Assembly: GCA_047633875.1 (NCBI GenBank)
Contig: JBLIFO010000001.1
Span: forward strand, 1-45,690
Source of the DNA: Marinoscillum sp.
GTDB lineage: Bacteria > Bacteroidota > Bacteroidia > Cytophagales > Cyclobacteriaceae
Reading direction: 5' to 3'
Length of the DNA stretch: 45,690 nt
Shown: piece after piece, positions 37,692-45,690 of the stretch
Position numbering within the stretch: the first letter of the stretch is position 1
How the letters are laid out: the number at the start of each line of letters is the position of its first letter
Notes under the pieces: model-generated
What the model was told of the DNA's origin: nothing
Databases searched by the model: none
Seen by the model: the letters and a program-made list of their open reading frames with translations, nothing else
Program-made: the position numbers and the translations under genes

Positions 37692-38239
37692 TAAACTTCG
37701 GAGCGCCAATCACCAAAAATCCAATTTCCCGGAGAATCAGAGTCTTCGGAAAGCAGAAATTCACGAAACGCATTGATCAATTCTCTCAAAGAAATAGTAC
37801 CATCCTTATTGGTATCAAGTTTATCAAATGCCTGATCTATATAATGTTGATCAATGTTATATATCTGAAACATATTAGCATATTCTTTTCTGGAAATCAT
37901 CTTATCGTTATTTTGGTCGAAAAGCATAAATATATAAGCTGAGGTATGCATTACATATTTATTAGCATAACCTGTTTCTTCAATTCTCAGGAAGAAGTTT
38001 AACCATTCCGAACGATCAATATTAACGCCTTGTTTGCCCATGTCCTGAACGAGCTGCACGTAAAACCTTGTAGCTTTAAACCTCATGGTGATGAGTGCCT
38101 CTCTTTGACTTTGTAAAGCCTCTCCGATTTTATCTGCAACCATTATGAAATCATCGGATTGGATCACGCCGTTTTTGTTGGTATCCAATATGTCAAAAAA
38201 GAAAAGTAACTTTTTTGAACGTATATCTTTTTGTGGCAT
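37691..38239 (-). CDS. EF-hand calcium-binding protein (calerythrin-like)
   Basis: DTNKNGVIQSDD, DQNNDKMISRKE, DTNKDGTISLRE. Confidence 0.88.
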   Translation of the reverse strand: MPQKDIRSKKLLFFFDILDTNKNGVIQSDDFIMVADKIGEALQSQREALITMRFKATRFYVQLVQDMGKQGVNIDRSEWLNFFLRIEETGYANKYVMHTSAYIFMLFDQNNDKMISRKEYANMFQIYNIDQHYIDQAFDKLDTNKDGTISLRELINAFREFLLSEDSDSPGNWIFGDWRSEV

Positions 38240-38517
38240 CTAAAATCTATTTTCCTCGGAAATAAAAATAGTGGAAAAGATCCCTAATTCCAGCATTCTA
38301 CATAAAAAGTCGGAAATTCATAGGGTTTAATATCGTTGCAAGGAGACAATTGTTTTAAGTCCCCAGACCAGCTGGATGGAGAGATTGATTCGTTAGGACA
38401 CGAACCATGGCGAAATAAGTAATATGATGTTTGATGTCTTGTGTATTGATTTGAAACATCAAAAGATTGTAACTTAGAGATAATCTTCATTCAAATTAAA
38501 CGAACAAGCCTAATCTT

Positions 38518-38922
38518 ATGAGATCAATAGAAGAATTATTGCAAATATTGGTTCAACTTTCCATTGCTGATAATGAGTTTGCGAAAGAGGAACAAAATTA
38601 TATAGTGGAAATAGGTATTGCAGGTGGTCTCACCAAAGAGGAGATTGAGGTAATCGTTTCGGGAGCTTATGAAGCTAAAGATCTCAAGAGTCTTCCGTCT
38701 AAAGACCGGTTATCATATATGGCAAATCTAATCCAGCTCATGAAAGTGGACGGTAAAGTGCGTAGAAGTGAAATTGCATTTTGCGAGAAAGTGGCGGTTA
38801 GTTTGGGTTATTTACCAAGCGTTGTTGCTGATATGTCACAATATGTCTATGCCAATCCCCAAATGATTAATCATGCGAAATTGGAGGAAATAGCTAAGGC
38901 GAATTCTATTCACAAAGATTAA
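38518..38922 (+). CDS. TerB-family protein
   Basis: ADNEFAKEE and LMKVDGKVRRSE duplicated motifs. Confidence 0.8.
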   Translation: MRSIEELLQILVQLSIADNEFAKEEQNYIVEIGIAGGLTKEEIEVIVSGAYEAKDLKSLPSKDRLSYMANLIQLMKVDGKVRRSEIAFCEKVAVSLGYLPSVVADMSQYVYANPQMINHAKLEEIAKANSIHKD

Positions 38923-38931
38923 TTCCGCCAC

Positions 38932-39027
38932 TGGTGCGAGCTTTTAACTCCCATCCATACCTTCAACAATTTAAAGTCCCAGCTACAAGCTCGAACTAGC
39001 ACAAAGAACATGCTCAGACCAGCTGGG
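38932..39027. repeat. REP-like palindromic repeat, copy 2
   Basis: Aligns end to end with 37419-37513. Confidence 0.75.
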
Positions 39028-39070
39028 ATTGAAAAGCATGCTCATTTTGACTGTTACTTTCCGTCAGCAT

Positions 39071-40174
39071 TTATTCTTTATTGGTCTCCAACACTTCATC
39101 AGCAACGAATTCTATTGAATTGTCAGTATTCTTATCGAGGGCTTCAATAAATGCGTTTTTAAATATGCTGATTATTGATGGCCACACTTTTGATTTCACG
39201 TTATTCAAATCACCATGCAGCGGAACTTTCAATGCAAACTGGTCTTTCTTTTGATTGGAGAATACCTCAACTGAAAGCCCTACAAATGATTGCCAAATCA
39301 AATTAAGTGGCGCCTGCTTATCGGTTTTCCAATTGACAATTTGCATGTCTTGTATGATAGGCTTGGCATATCCTGTCAGCTGACCACTATCGATTTTCAA
39401 CTCGGAGTACAAGTCGAAAGTGCCTTTTTCAACGTCTATCTTACTATAGGCCTGGAAGAAATCATTAAGTGCAGGAAGGTTGACTTTTTCAAATTTCAGT
39501 TCCATATCAAGATCGGGCACCTCCTTTAGGATGTTGATGTCAGCAACGATCGTAAGTTGTCCATCACCAATTGAGACAGCAGTGGCGTTAATTTTAGAGG
39601 GGAGCAACACACTTTGTTTGTAAGCATTGCTGATGTTAGTAGCAAGTAAATCACATTGCCTCAAGTGCAAGTTGACTTTTGGCTCTGTGGTGAAATCATA
39701 GAAGAGGATCGAGCCGTTGATAATTTCAAACCTGTTGATTTGTAAAGGCATCAGTCGTTTTAGTGGTATGGTCCAATCGACATCCACACCCGTTTGATTG
39801 GTTGTTTTACCTTCAGTATTTTCCTGATCTCCTCCTATAAAATTAATAGCAGGCTTGTTGAGTATTATTTCACCAACCAGCTTGCCCTTAAAAATGGCTG
39901 GCCATTCAATGGATAAGTCTGCAATTGGAATCTCAATAAACGGAATTTTTCTGCTGCCTTCTATCCAAAAAAGGTTTAATTCTTTGATCACATAGGCACC
40001 CCGATACAAGTGAATGTCTACTCCCTCAATGGAGCCGTTATATTCGGGTATTTCTGACAATACTTTATTGACAGATCTTGTGACGAAATAAGGAAGCATC
40101 AGGCGGGCGACTAATAGGAGCAGTACCACGCTTCCAATGACGATATAGGTCTTTTTCCATCTTTTGAGTTTCAT
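39071..40174 (-). CDS. DUF748 domain protein
   Basis: N-terminal anchor, LMPLQINRFEI, GYAKP, NQKKDQFA, FKNAFI. Confidence 0.75.
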   Translation of the reverse strand: MKLKRWKKTYIVIGSVVLLLLVARLMLPYFVTRSVNKVLSEIPEYNGSIEGVDIHLYRGAYVIKELNLFWIEGSRKIPFIEIPIADLSIEWPAIFKGKLVGEIILNKPAINFIGGDQENTEGKTTNQTGVDVDWTIPLKRLMPLQINRFEIINGSILFYDFTTEPKVNLHLRQCDLLATNISNAYKQSVLLPSKINATAVSIGDGQLTIVADINILKEVPDLDMELKFEKVNLPALNDFFQAYSKIDVEKGTFDLYSELKIDSGQLTGYAKPIIQDMQIVNWKTDKQAPLNLIWQSFVGLSVEVFSNQKKDQFALKVPLHGDLNNVKSKVWPSIISIFKNAFIEALDKNTDNSIEFVADEVLETNKE

Positions 40175-41103
40175 TTCTTAATGTTTTTAAGTGGATCACC
40201 ATCACTGGGTATTTCTACGATCTTAAACTTGACAGCATGTTCATAGGGCTCTATTGGCTTACCAAATTTGGCGGCATATTCATAAGTGAGTTCAGCTCCA
40301 AAAAGAAAAATAATGGTTGAGAAATAAACCCAGAAAAGAATCACTACGAACGACCCTGCTGCACCATAGGCTGAGTGAATGCCGCTATTGCCTAAGTATA
40401 AACCAATTAAATATTTGCCTGCGGTAAAAAGAAGGGCGGTGATAAAGGAGCCAACCCAAAGATCCCTCCACCGAATTTTGGCATCAGGAAGCACCCTGAA
40501 AAGTAGTGCAAAAATGAAAGTAATGATCAATAATGAAACAACGAGATTGACAGCTGTTATCAGGTAAGTCATGGTTCCATCCAGGATCTCTGAGATAAGA
40601 TTTCGAAAAATCGCGAGAAGGGCATCTACGAGCAAGGAGACCAGCAATACAAACCCAAAGCTCATCACCATGGCAAATGACAATAGTCTGTTGATAATAA
40701 ACTTCAGCCAACTCTTTTGTGGCTTAGGCTTGACACCCCAAAGATGATTCAAACTAGACTGAAGGGCTACAAAGACAGTGGTAGCACTAAAAATCAAGGT
40801 AGCTAATCCAATGATACCCGCTGTTACACTATTAGTTTCACGGGTGGAATTTTGAATAATTTGCTCTATCTCCTGAGCACTCCCGTTCCCTATTAAGCCC
40901 TTAAATTGTTGCAAGAGTTCATCCTGTACAAGCTGTTCCTCGAAAAATAGGGAAGCAAGTGAAAGCGCAATGATCAGTATGGCGGGTAATGAAAAAATGG
41001 TTGAAAAGGCAATGGCTGCAGCGTGAGAAAACGAATCGTGTTCTAGAAAATGAGCGAAGGTGTTTTTGGTGAAAACCCAGTAAGTATGGAAATATTTGCG
41101 CAT
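40171..41103 (-). CDS. YihY/virulence factor BrkB family membrane protein
   Basis: AAAIAFSTIFSLP, FRVLPD, AYGAAGSFVVILFWVY, LFGAE. Confidence 0.92.
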   Translation of the reverse strand: MRKYFHTYWVFTKNTFAHFLEHDSFSHAAAIAFSTIFSLPAILIIALSLASLFFEEQLVQDELLQQFKGLIGNGSAQEIEQIIQNSTRETNSVTAGIIGLATLIFSATTVFVALQSSLNHLWGVKPKPQKSWLKFIINRLLSFAMVMSFGFVLLVSLLVDALLAIFRNLISEILDGTMTYLITAVNLVVSLLIITFIFALLFRVLPDAKIRWRDLWVGSFITALLFTAGKYLIGLYLGNSGIHSAYGAAGSFVVILFWVYFSTIIFLFGAELTYEYAAKFGKPIEPYEHAVKFKIVEIPSDGDPLKNIKK

Positions 41104-41223
41104 ATCTATGAATACAAAGGTCTCCAGATGTGGAATCGGTCTTGCAGTTATTTATAACAATGAAAATAATGGTTCTAACAATCTAATTTGGGGAAGAGGT
41201 TGCTGAGTAAACTTTATCCGCTA

Positions 41224-43740
41224 TCATTTGGGCTCAGCAAGGTCGCCCAAAACTTCAAGCGTAACCAATCGATACTTTTCATCTGGAATAATATCTATGA
41301 TAACCGTACGGTTATAAAAATGACTCTCTGGCAATTTATTATCAAACGGAGCATATTTTAAGTCTTCACCAAACCCGTGGACTAAAAGTTTGATATCGGT
41401 TTTTCCAGCATCTGAAAGGCCTTTTTCTAATATTTTCTGAACATCATTAGCTCTGGCTATGGATAATTCCATGTTATGTGCTACTCCACCAATAATGTCT
41501 GTAAAGCCCTGAATTACGACTGTGTCTCCTGATTGAATCTTTGGGATCACAATATTTACAAGGTAATTTTCATAATGAGATATTAATCGCGAGTCATCAA
41601 ATTCAAATATGATACTGAATCTGGTCACTTCAGGCATGATGGGTGGTACATAGATTGCCAGATGTAAAGAAGTATCTTTCTTTATAATCCCGCCTGACTT
41701 GGTTTGCCCTGTCATCGTCACCTTGTAGGTGTTCATGGCGCTTTTACCCAATAGGATTTTTTCTTCTATGTCCATCATATCTGCCGTAAATGGACCTAAA
41801 TGTTGAACTTCTCCTTGCTCATTCACAAGTTCCAGTTCCCATGATGTAAGTGTTTTTTCCGCTCCTACTACATTGAAACATACAAGACGATCATGTGCTG
41901 ATTCTTGTGCTGTGACCATTTCTACTGGCTTCAAAGGAACATCGTATGTGCCACTATGAAATTCCATCAACAAGATAGGCGAGGCACTTTCAACCGATAC
42001 TCTCTCGGCTTCTTCTTGAAGATGCGCAAGTTCAAGTACGCCAAACCGTGTTTCTGAAGGGATTTTCGGTTCAATACGACCTTCGATGAGAATCCTGGAT
42101 GCATCGATTCCAAATATGTTCACTAGGTATATTTGACACGATTCGGCCATTGCAAGGGCGTGTTCAGTCCCCTTATCTGAGGATCCTACCAGCTTAATGG
42201 ATGATAATGGATTTTTGCCCATCCGATCACCCAAAATATTCAGAATATTGTAATAGACAATCATTTGGCGGGCCGAACGACCACTATCAGTCAAAGGAGC
42301 TGTGCTTTCAAGATGGTCTTCTTTAAAGTTCGTCACCTGCTCTTTACTGAGTAAAACATATCGTTCGGGTATCTCTGTAGAGCTTGGTTCAAAGAATATA
42401 TAATTCCTAAGAGGAAAATACTCCCTTAAGCCAACCTTAACAGGAATATGCACGGGCACTTTGACTATAAACTCCACGTCTTCAGGCTCCAAAATATCAA
42501 AAGAATAAATATCGTCACCTCCACTGCCTCCAGGTCTATCTGATGAGAAATATCCTTTACTCAATTTGTTATTTACAATGAATGCAAAATCATCATATTG
42601 TGTATTGATGGGTGCCCCCAGATTGGTCACAGGTCCAAACCCTGATTCATTCATCAAGCAAGTGAATACATCTAGCCCTCCAAGGCCAAATTGTCCATTG
42701 GAAGAGAAATAGAAGTTGTTACTTTCTTCTTCTAGAAAGGGAAACATTTCATCTTCCTCAGTATTGAGCTGGTTGCCTAAGTTTTCTTCTTTGCCCCACA
42801 CTCCGGCTGAGTCTCTAGTAATTCTATAAAGATCAGTTCCGCCTATGCCTCCGGGCATATCACTTGTGAAATACATGGTTCTCCCATCAGCTGTCAGATG
42901 TGGTTGTCCCACGGAGTATTTAGGATTATTAAGAATAAAAGGTTCTGGATCAGACCACAAATCGTCAATGTAGTTACTTAACCAAATCTGAAGCTCAATC
43001 ACCTTATCCTTTTTCTTATAATCATAATTGTTTTGTGTGTAGGCTATTTGGGTTCCGTCATGGTTAAAACTTACCGGACCATCATGTAGTTTGCCATTCA
43101 TTTTTAAATTAAAAATCTCTGGGCTTTTTAGTTGGCCAGAATCGATTTCTGAACTGTAGATGCTCCAGTAAGGCATTCTTGTCCAGCTGTATTCTCTCAC
43201 AAAGATTCGGGATTTAGATCTGGTCGACGCAAATACGATTTTATCTTTATAGTAACTGGATCCAAAATCGAGGGATTCACTGTTAACAGATAAGTGCTGA
43301 ATTTTATATTTCGAATGATCCTTTAACAATGCTGGTAATAAAGATTTATTGGCTAAATAATCTTTGGATCTCAAATTATCCGGTTTTGATTCGGCAAATT
43401 TATCCATCCATTTCTCTGCTTCATCATATCTACCATTAGACTTGAGCACCATTGCATAGTTGTAATAATCTTCAGGTAAAATATCTTTCCCGTCGGTTAT
43501 TAATTTTAGATACGCAGCTTCAGATTGGACGTTTTGACCAATATGGCTGTAGTTCTCCGCCAGATTTCGCTGACCTCCTGTTGTCAATTGATTCGCTCGA
43601 TTGTATTTATCAATGGATTTGTGAAATGAGTAATTGAAAGCGTATTTATCTCCTTTTATCTCTTTGTGTGATTTCTCTTGCGCAAAGACATTTTGGCCAA
43701 ACCCGATAAATATGATGAAGAGTATAAGTAATTCTTTCAT
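41224..43740 (-). CDS. PorE-like OmpA-family protein (TPR, PD40 propeller, OmpA-like C-terminus)
   Basis: MYFTSDMPGGIGGTDLY, FSSNGQFGLGGLD, FSSDRPGG, GFTDIIG..HNMELSIARA, NRTV. Confidence 0.85.
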   Translation of the reverse strand: MKELLILFIIFIGFGQNVFAQEKSHKEIKGDKYAFNYSFHKSIDKYNRANQLTTGGQRNLAENYSHIGQNVQSEAAYLKLITDGKDILPEDYYNYAMVLKSNGRYDEAEKWMDKFAESKPDNLRSKDYLANKSLLPALLKDHSKYKIQHLSVNSESLDFGSSYYKDKIVFASTRSKSRIFVREYSWTRMPYWSIYSSEIDSGQLKSPEIFNLKMNGKLHDGPVSFNHDGTQIAYTQNNYDYKKKDKVIELQIWLSNYIDDLWSDPEPFILNNPKYSVGQPHLTADGRTMYFTSDMPGGIGGTDLYRITRDSAGVWGKEENLGNQLNTEEDEMFPFLEEESNNFYFSSNGQFGLGGLDVFTCLMNESGFGPVTNLGAPINTQYDDFAFIVNNKLSKGYFSSDRPGGSGGDDIYSFDILEPEDVEFIVKVPVHIPVKVGLREYFPLRNYIFFEPSSTEIPERYVLLSKEQVTNFKEDHLESTAPLTDSGRSARQMIVYYNILNILGDRMGKNPLSSIKLVGSSDKGTEHALAMAESCQIYLVNIFGIDASRILIEGRIEPKIPSETRFGVLELAHLQEEAERVSVESASPILLMEFHSGTYDVPLKPVEMVTAQESAHDRLVCFNVVGAEKTLTSWELELVNEQGEVQHLGPFTADMMDIEEKILLGKSAMNTYKVTMTGQTKSGGIIKKDTSLHLAIYVPPIMPEVTRFSIIFEFDDSRLISHYENYLVNIVIPKIQSGDTVVIQGFTDIIGGVAHNMELSIARANDVQKILEKGLSDAGKTDIKLLVHGFGEDLKYAPFDNKLPESHFYNRTVIIDIIPDEKYRLVTLEVLGDLAEPK

Positions 43741-43760
43741 GACGGTTTTTTTTAAGAGGT

Positions 43761-44702
43761 TTAAAAATATCTTGGGGAGTGAATTTGTCTTTTGTTAGAA
43801 AAGATAAAATCATATCTCAGCATTATTTCGTGAGTTCCCTGGTTATAAACAGTTGTTGTGAGACCATAGGAAAAATCGTATGAATAACCAAAGTGCAATT
43901 GTTCTGTAATATCCAATCCTACTAAAACTCCCATGGAATCTCCTGTGCGCCACATGCCACCAAGTATGAACTTTTTCATGAAGATAAAGGAGGCTGTAAT
44001 GTCAGCTTGAATGGGTGCAGCCTGTGTTACTTTAATAAGTGTTGTGGGTTTTAATGCCAACGACTCAGTTAATCGAAGGATGGTACCAGCGATTACATAG
44101 TATTGTCTTCGTTCATTTCCTAATACGGTAATTTGATCTACCTGATTTAAAGTTGAATATTTGTTTTCGACCAAATAAGGGCTCGAAATACCCGCATAAA
44201 AACGCTCTCTCGAATAATACACACCTAAACCAAAATTGGGTGTCATATAATTGCTGAAGTTGTTCTGAAACGTAGGATCAACAGGCATATCCAAATTAAG
44301 GTTATCAAAATTGGCTTGAAACATATTCAACCCCGCACCTAATCCAAATGCTAACTTCGATTTAGATGTTAATCTCATAATATATGAATAATATAAAAAT
44401 GCTGATGTATTGTTGGTTGGACCGATTTTATCATTCACTACAGATAGCCCGAGACCTATGTGCTCATTTTCTAAAGGTGTATGCACAGTCAAGGTTTGAG
44501 TTACTGGAGCACCTTCAAAGCCTACCCATTGCGAACGATGGAGTGCCGTCACTGTTAATGCATCTCTACTTCCAGCATAAGCCGGATTTACAGATAGCAT
44601 ATTATACATATAATGAGTGAATGCCGGGAGTTGTTGAGCACTGATGGATAAGCTCCCTAATGTTAAGGTCATTGCTGCTAGTATATTTATAAAGAGTTTC
44701 AT
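43761..44702 (-). CDS. Type IX secretion membrane protein, PorP/SprF family
   Basis: FTHYMYN..NPAYAG, HRSQWVGFEGAP, GYSYD, GTHE, SPRYF; ATG 44702. Confidence 0.92.
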   Translation of the reverse strand: MKLFINILAAMTLTLGSLSISAQQLPAFTHYMYNMLSVNPAYAGSRDALTVTALHRSQWVGFEGAPVTQTLTVHTPLENEHIGLGLSVVNDKIGPTNNTSAFLYYSYIMRLTSKSKLAFGLGAGLNMFQANFDNLNLDMPVDPTFQNNFSNYMTPNFGLGVYYSRERFYAGISSPYLVENKYSTLNQVDQITVLGNERRQYYVIAGTILRLTESLALKPTTLIKVTQAAPIQADITASFIFMKKFILGGMWRTGDSMGVLVGLDITEQLHFGYSYDFSYGLTTTVYNQGTHEIMLRYDFIFSNKRQIHSPRYF

Positions 44703-44733
44703 AATAAGTGATTTATTTTTTCGCCTTACTGGT

Positions 44734-45690
44734 TCATTTTTTAATATAAACGTAACTTCTATAGACCTCAGAGCCATCACCCAAATCCAGTATACAGAAG
44801 TAGGTACCATCGGGCAATTGATCTCCTCCTACTAGTAAACCAAAATCCGATGTGCCATCCCAAGTATTTTGGTAAGGACTAGATTTGAATACTTTATTCC
44901 CCCATCGGTTATAAATTACCATGGTATTATTGGGGTAATGCTCAATTCCTCTGATGACAAATTTGTCGTTGATTCCATCATTGTTTGGAGAGAATCCTTT
45001 TGGAATATTAAAATCACATTCAGATTCGGCAATTGAAATTATTAAAGGATCCGAAGTACATCCTGCAGCATTGGTAACTGTGAAATTGTATGTCGTGGCA
45101 GCCAAACCGGATAGGATGGTACTTGAGGTTGAACCTGTTATTGCGCCTGGGTTAATTATCCAGTTTCCTGTAGGTAACCCACTTAAAACAACACTTCCAG
45201 TTGCAACCGTACAGCTAGGCTGTGTGATGGTGCCTAATGTAGGAGCTGATGGTAAACCCAATGCTGCATTGATGACAACATCAGCTGATGCTCCTGAAGT
45301 ACATCCGGCTGCATTGGTGACAGTATAAGAGTAAGTGCCAGCGGATAAGCTGGAAAGGGTAATACTTGCAGTTGAACCTGTTATTGCTCCTGGATTGATT
45401 GTCCAGTTTCCAGTTGGTAATCCGCTTAATACTATGCTTCCTGTTGCTGTTGCACAAGTTGGTTGTGTTATTGTTGCAATAGGTGGCAGTGCCGGTGTTA
45501 CAGGCTGCGCCTCAATGACAATATCTACTGATTCTACTGAAATACAACCCGCTGCATTGGTAACTGTATAATTAAATGTTGTACCTGCAGCTAATCCTGA
45601 TAGGGTAGTACTTGCAGTTGAACCTGCAATTGCTCCTGGATTAATGATCCAGCTTCCAGTTGGTAATCCGCTTAATACTACGCTTCCTGT
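44734..45690 (-). CDS. 3' end of a large repetitive surface protein with T9SS type-B (gliding-motility) CTD; continues beyond the window
   Basis: Frame open to the window edge; three ~78-aa repeats (TGSVVLSGLPTGxW..YTVTNAAGC); GFSPNNDGIND, IYNRWG, DGTYF. Confidence 0.9.
   Translation of the reverse strand, partial: TGSVVLSGLPTGSWIINPGAIAGSTASTTLSGLAAGTTFNYTVTNAAGCISVESVDIVIEAQPVTPALPPIATITQPTCATATGSIVLSGLPTGNWTINPGAITGSTASITLSSLSAGTYSYTVTNAAGCTSGASADVVINAALGLPSAPTLGTITQPSCTVATGSVVLSGLPTGNWIINPGAITGSTSSTILSGLAATTYNFTVTNAAGCTSDPLIISIAESECDFNIPKGFSPNNDGINDKFVIRGIEHYPNNTMVIYNRWGNKVFKSSPYQNTWDGTSDFGLLVGGDQLPDGTYFCILDLGDGSEVYRSYVYIKK

Noticed and set aside
44954-45571. Plus-strand ORFs with repeated peptides
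   Set aside because: Antisense shadows of the repetitive T9SS adhesin.

Overview
AT-rich Bacteroidota chromosome segment (Cytophagales-like by inference: type IX secretion genes, Bacteroidota-type ABC permease, signal-peptide-less proteorhodopsin). In order, it holds: a two-component cluster (two sensor kinases with near-identical transmitter domains, response regulators), dps, csbD, a MATE exporter, GH16 and CotH lipoproteins, a 1494-aa multi-PAS hybrid kinase, an AraC-ABC permease fusion, a TetR/serine hydrolase pair, class II ribonucleotide reductase, an ECF sigma locus, a proteorhodopsin-crtY-blh cluster, EF-hand/TerB genes and the 3' end of a T9SS adhesin-PorP/SprF-OmpA locus. No rRNA, tRNA, CRISPR array or recognisable transposase was seen. 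The most striking unexplained structure is 4049-4929, a tandem arrangement of [93-nt kinase 3' tail]-[inverted repeat L]-[GxxExxY nuclease gene or its internally deleted remnant]-[inverted repeat R]. The displaced tails differ mostly synonymously and are restarted in frame by an ATG at the start of repeat R, suggesting a site-specific, gene-tail-replacing mobile element. Also notable are GC-rich palindromes translated inside both kinases, a structured MITE present in long and short forms with covarying hairpins, and the AraC-permease fusion. Family assignments come from motif recognition, not database searches.
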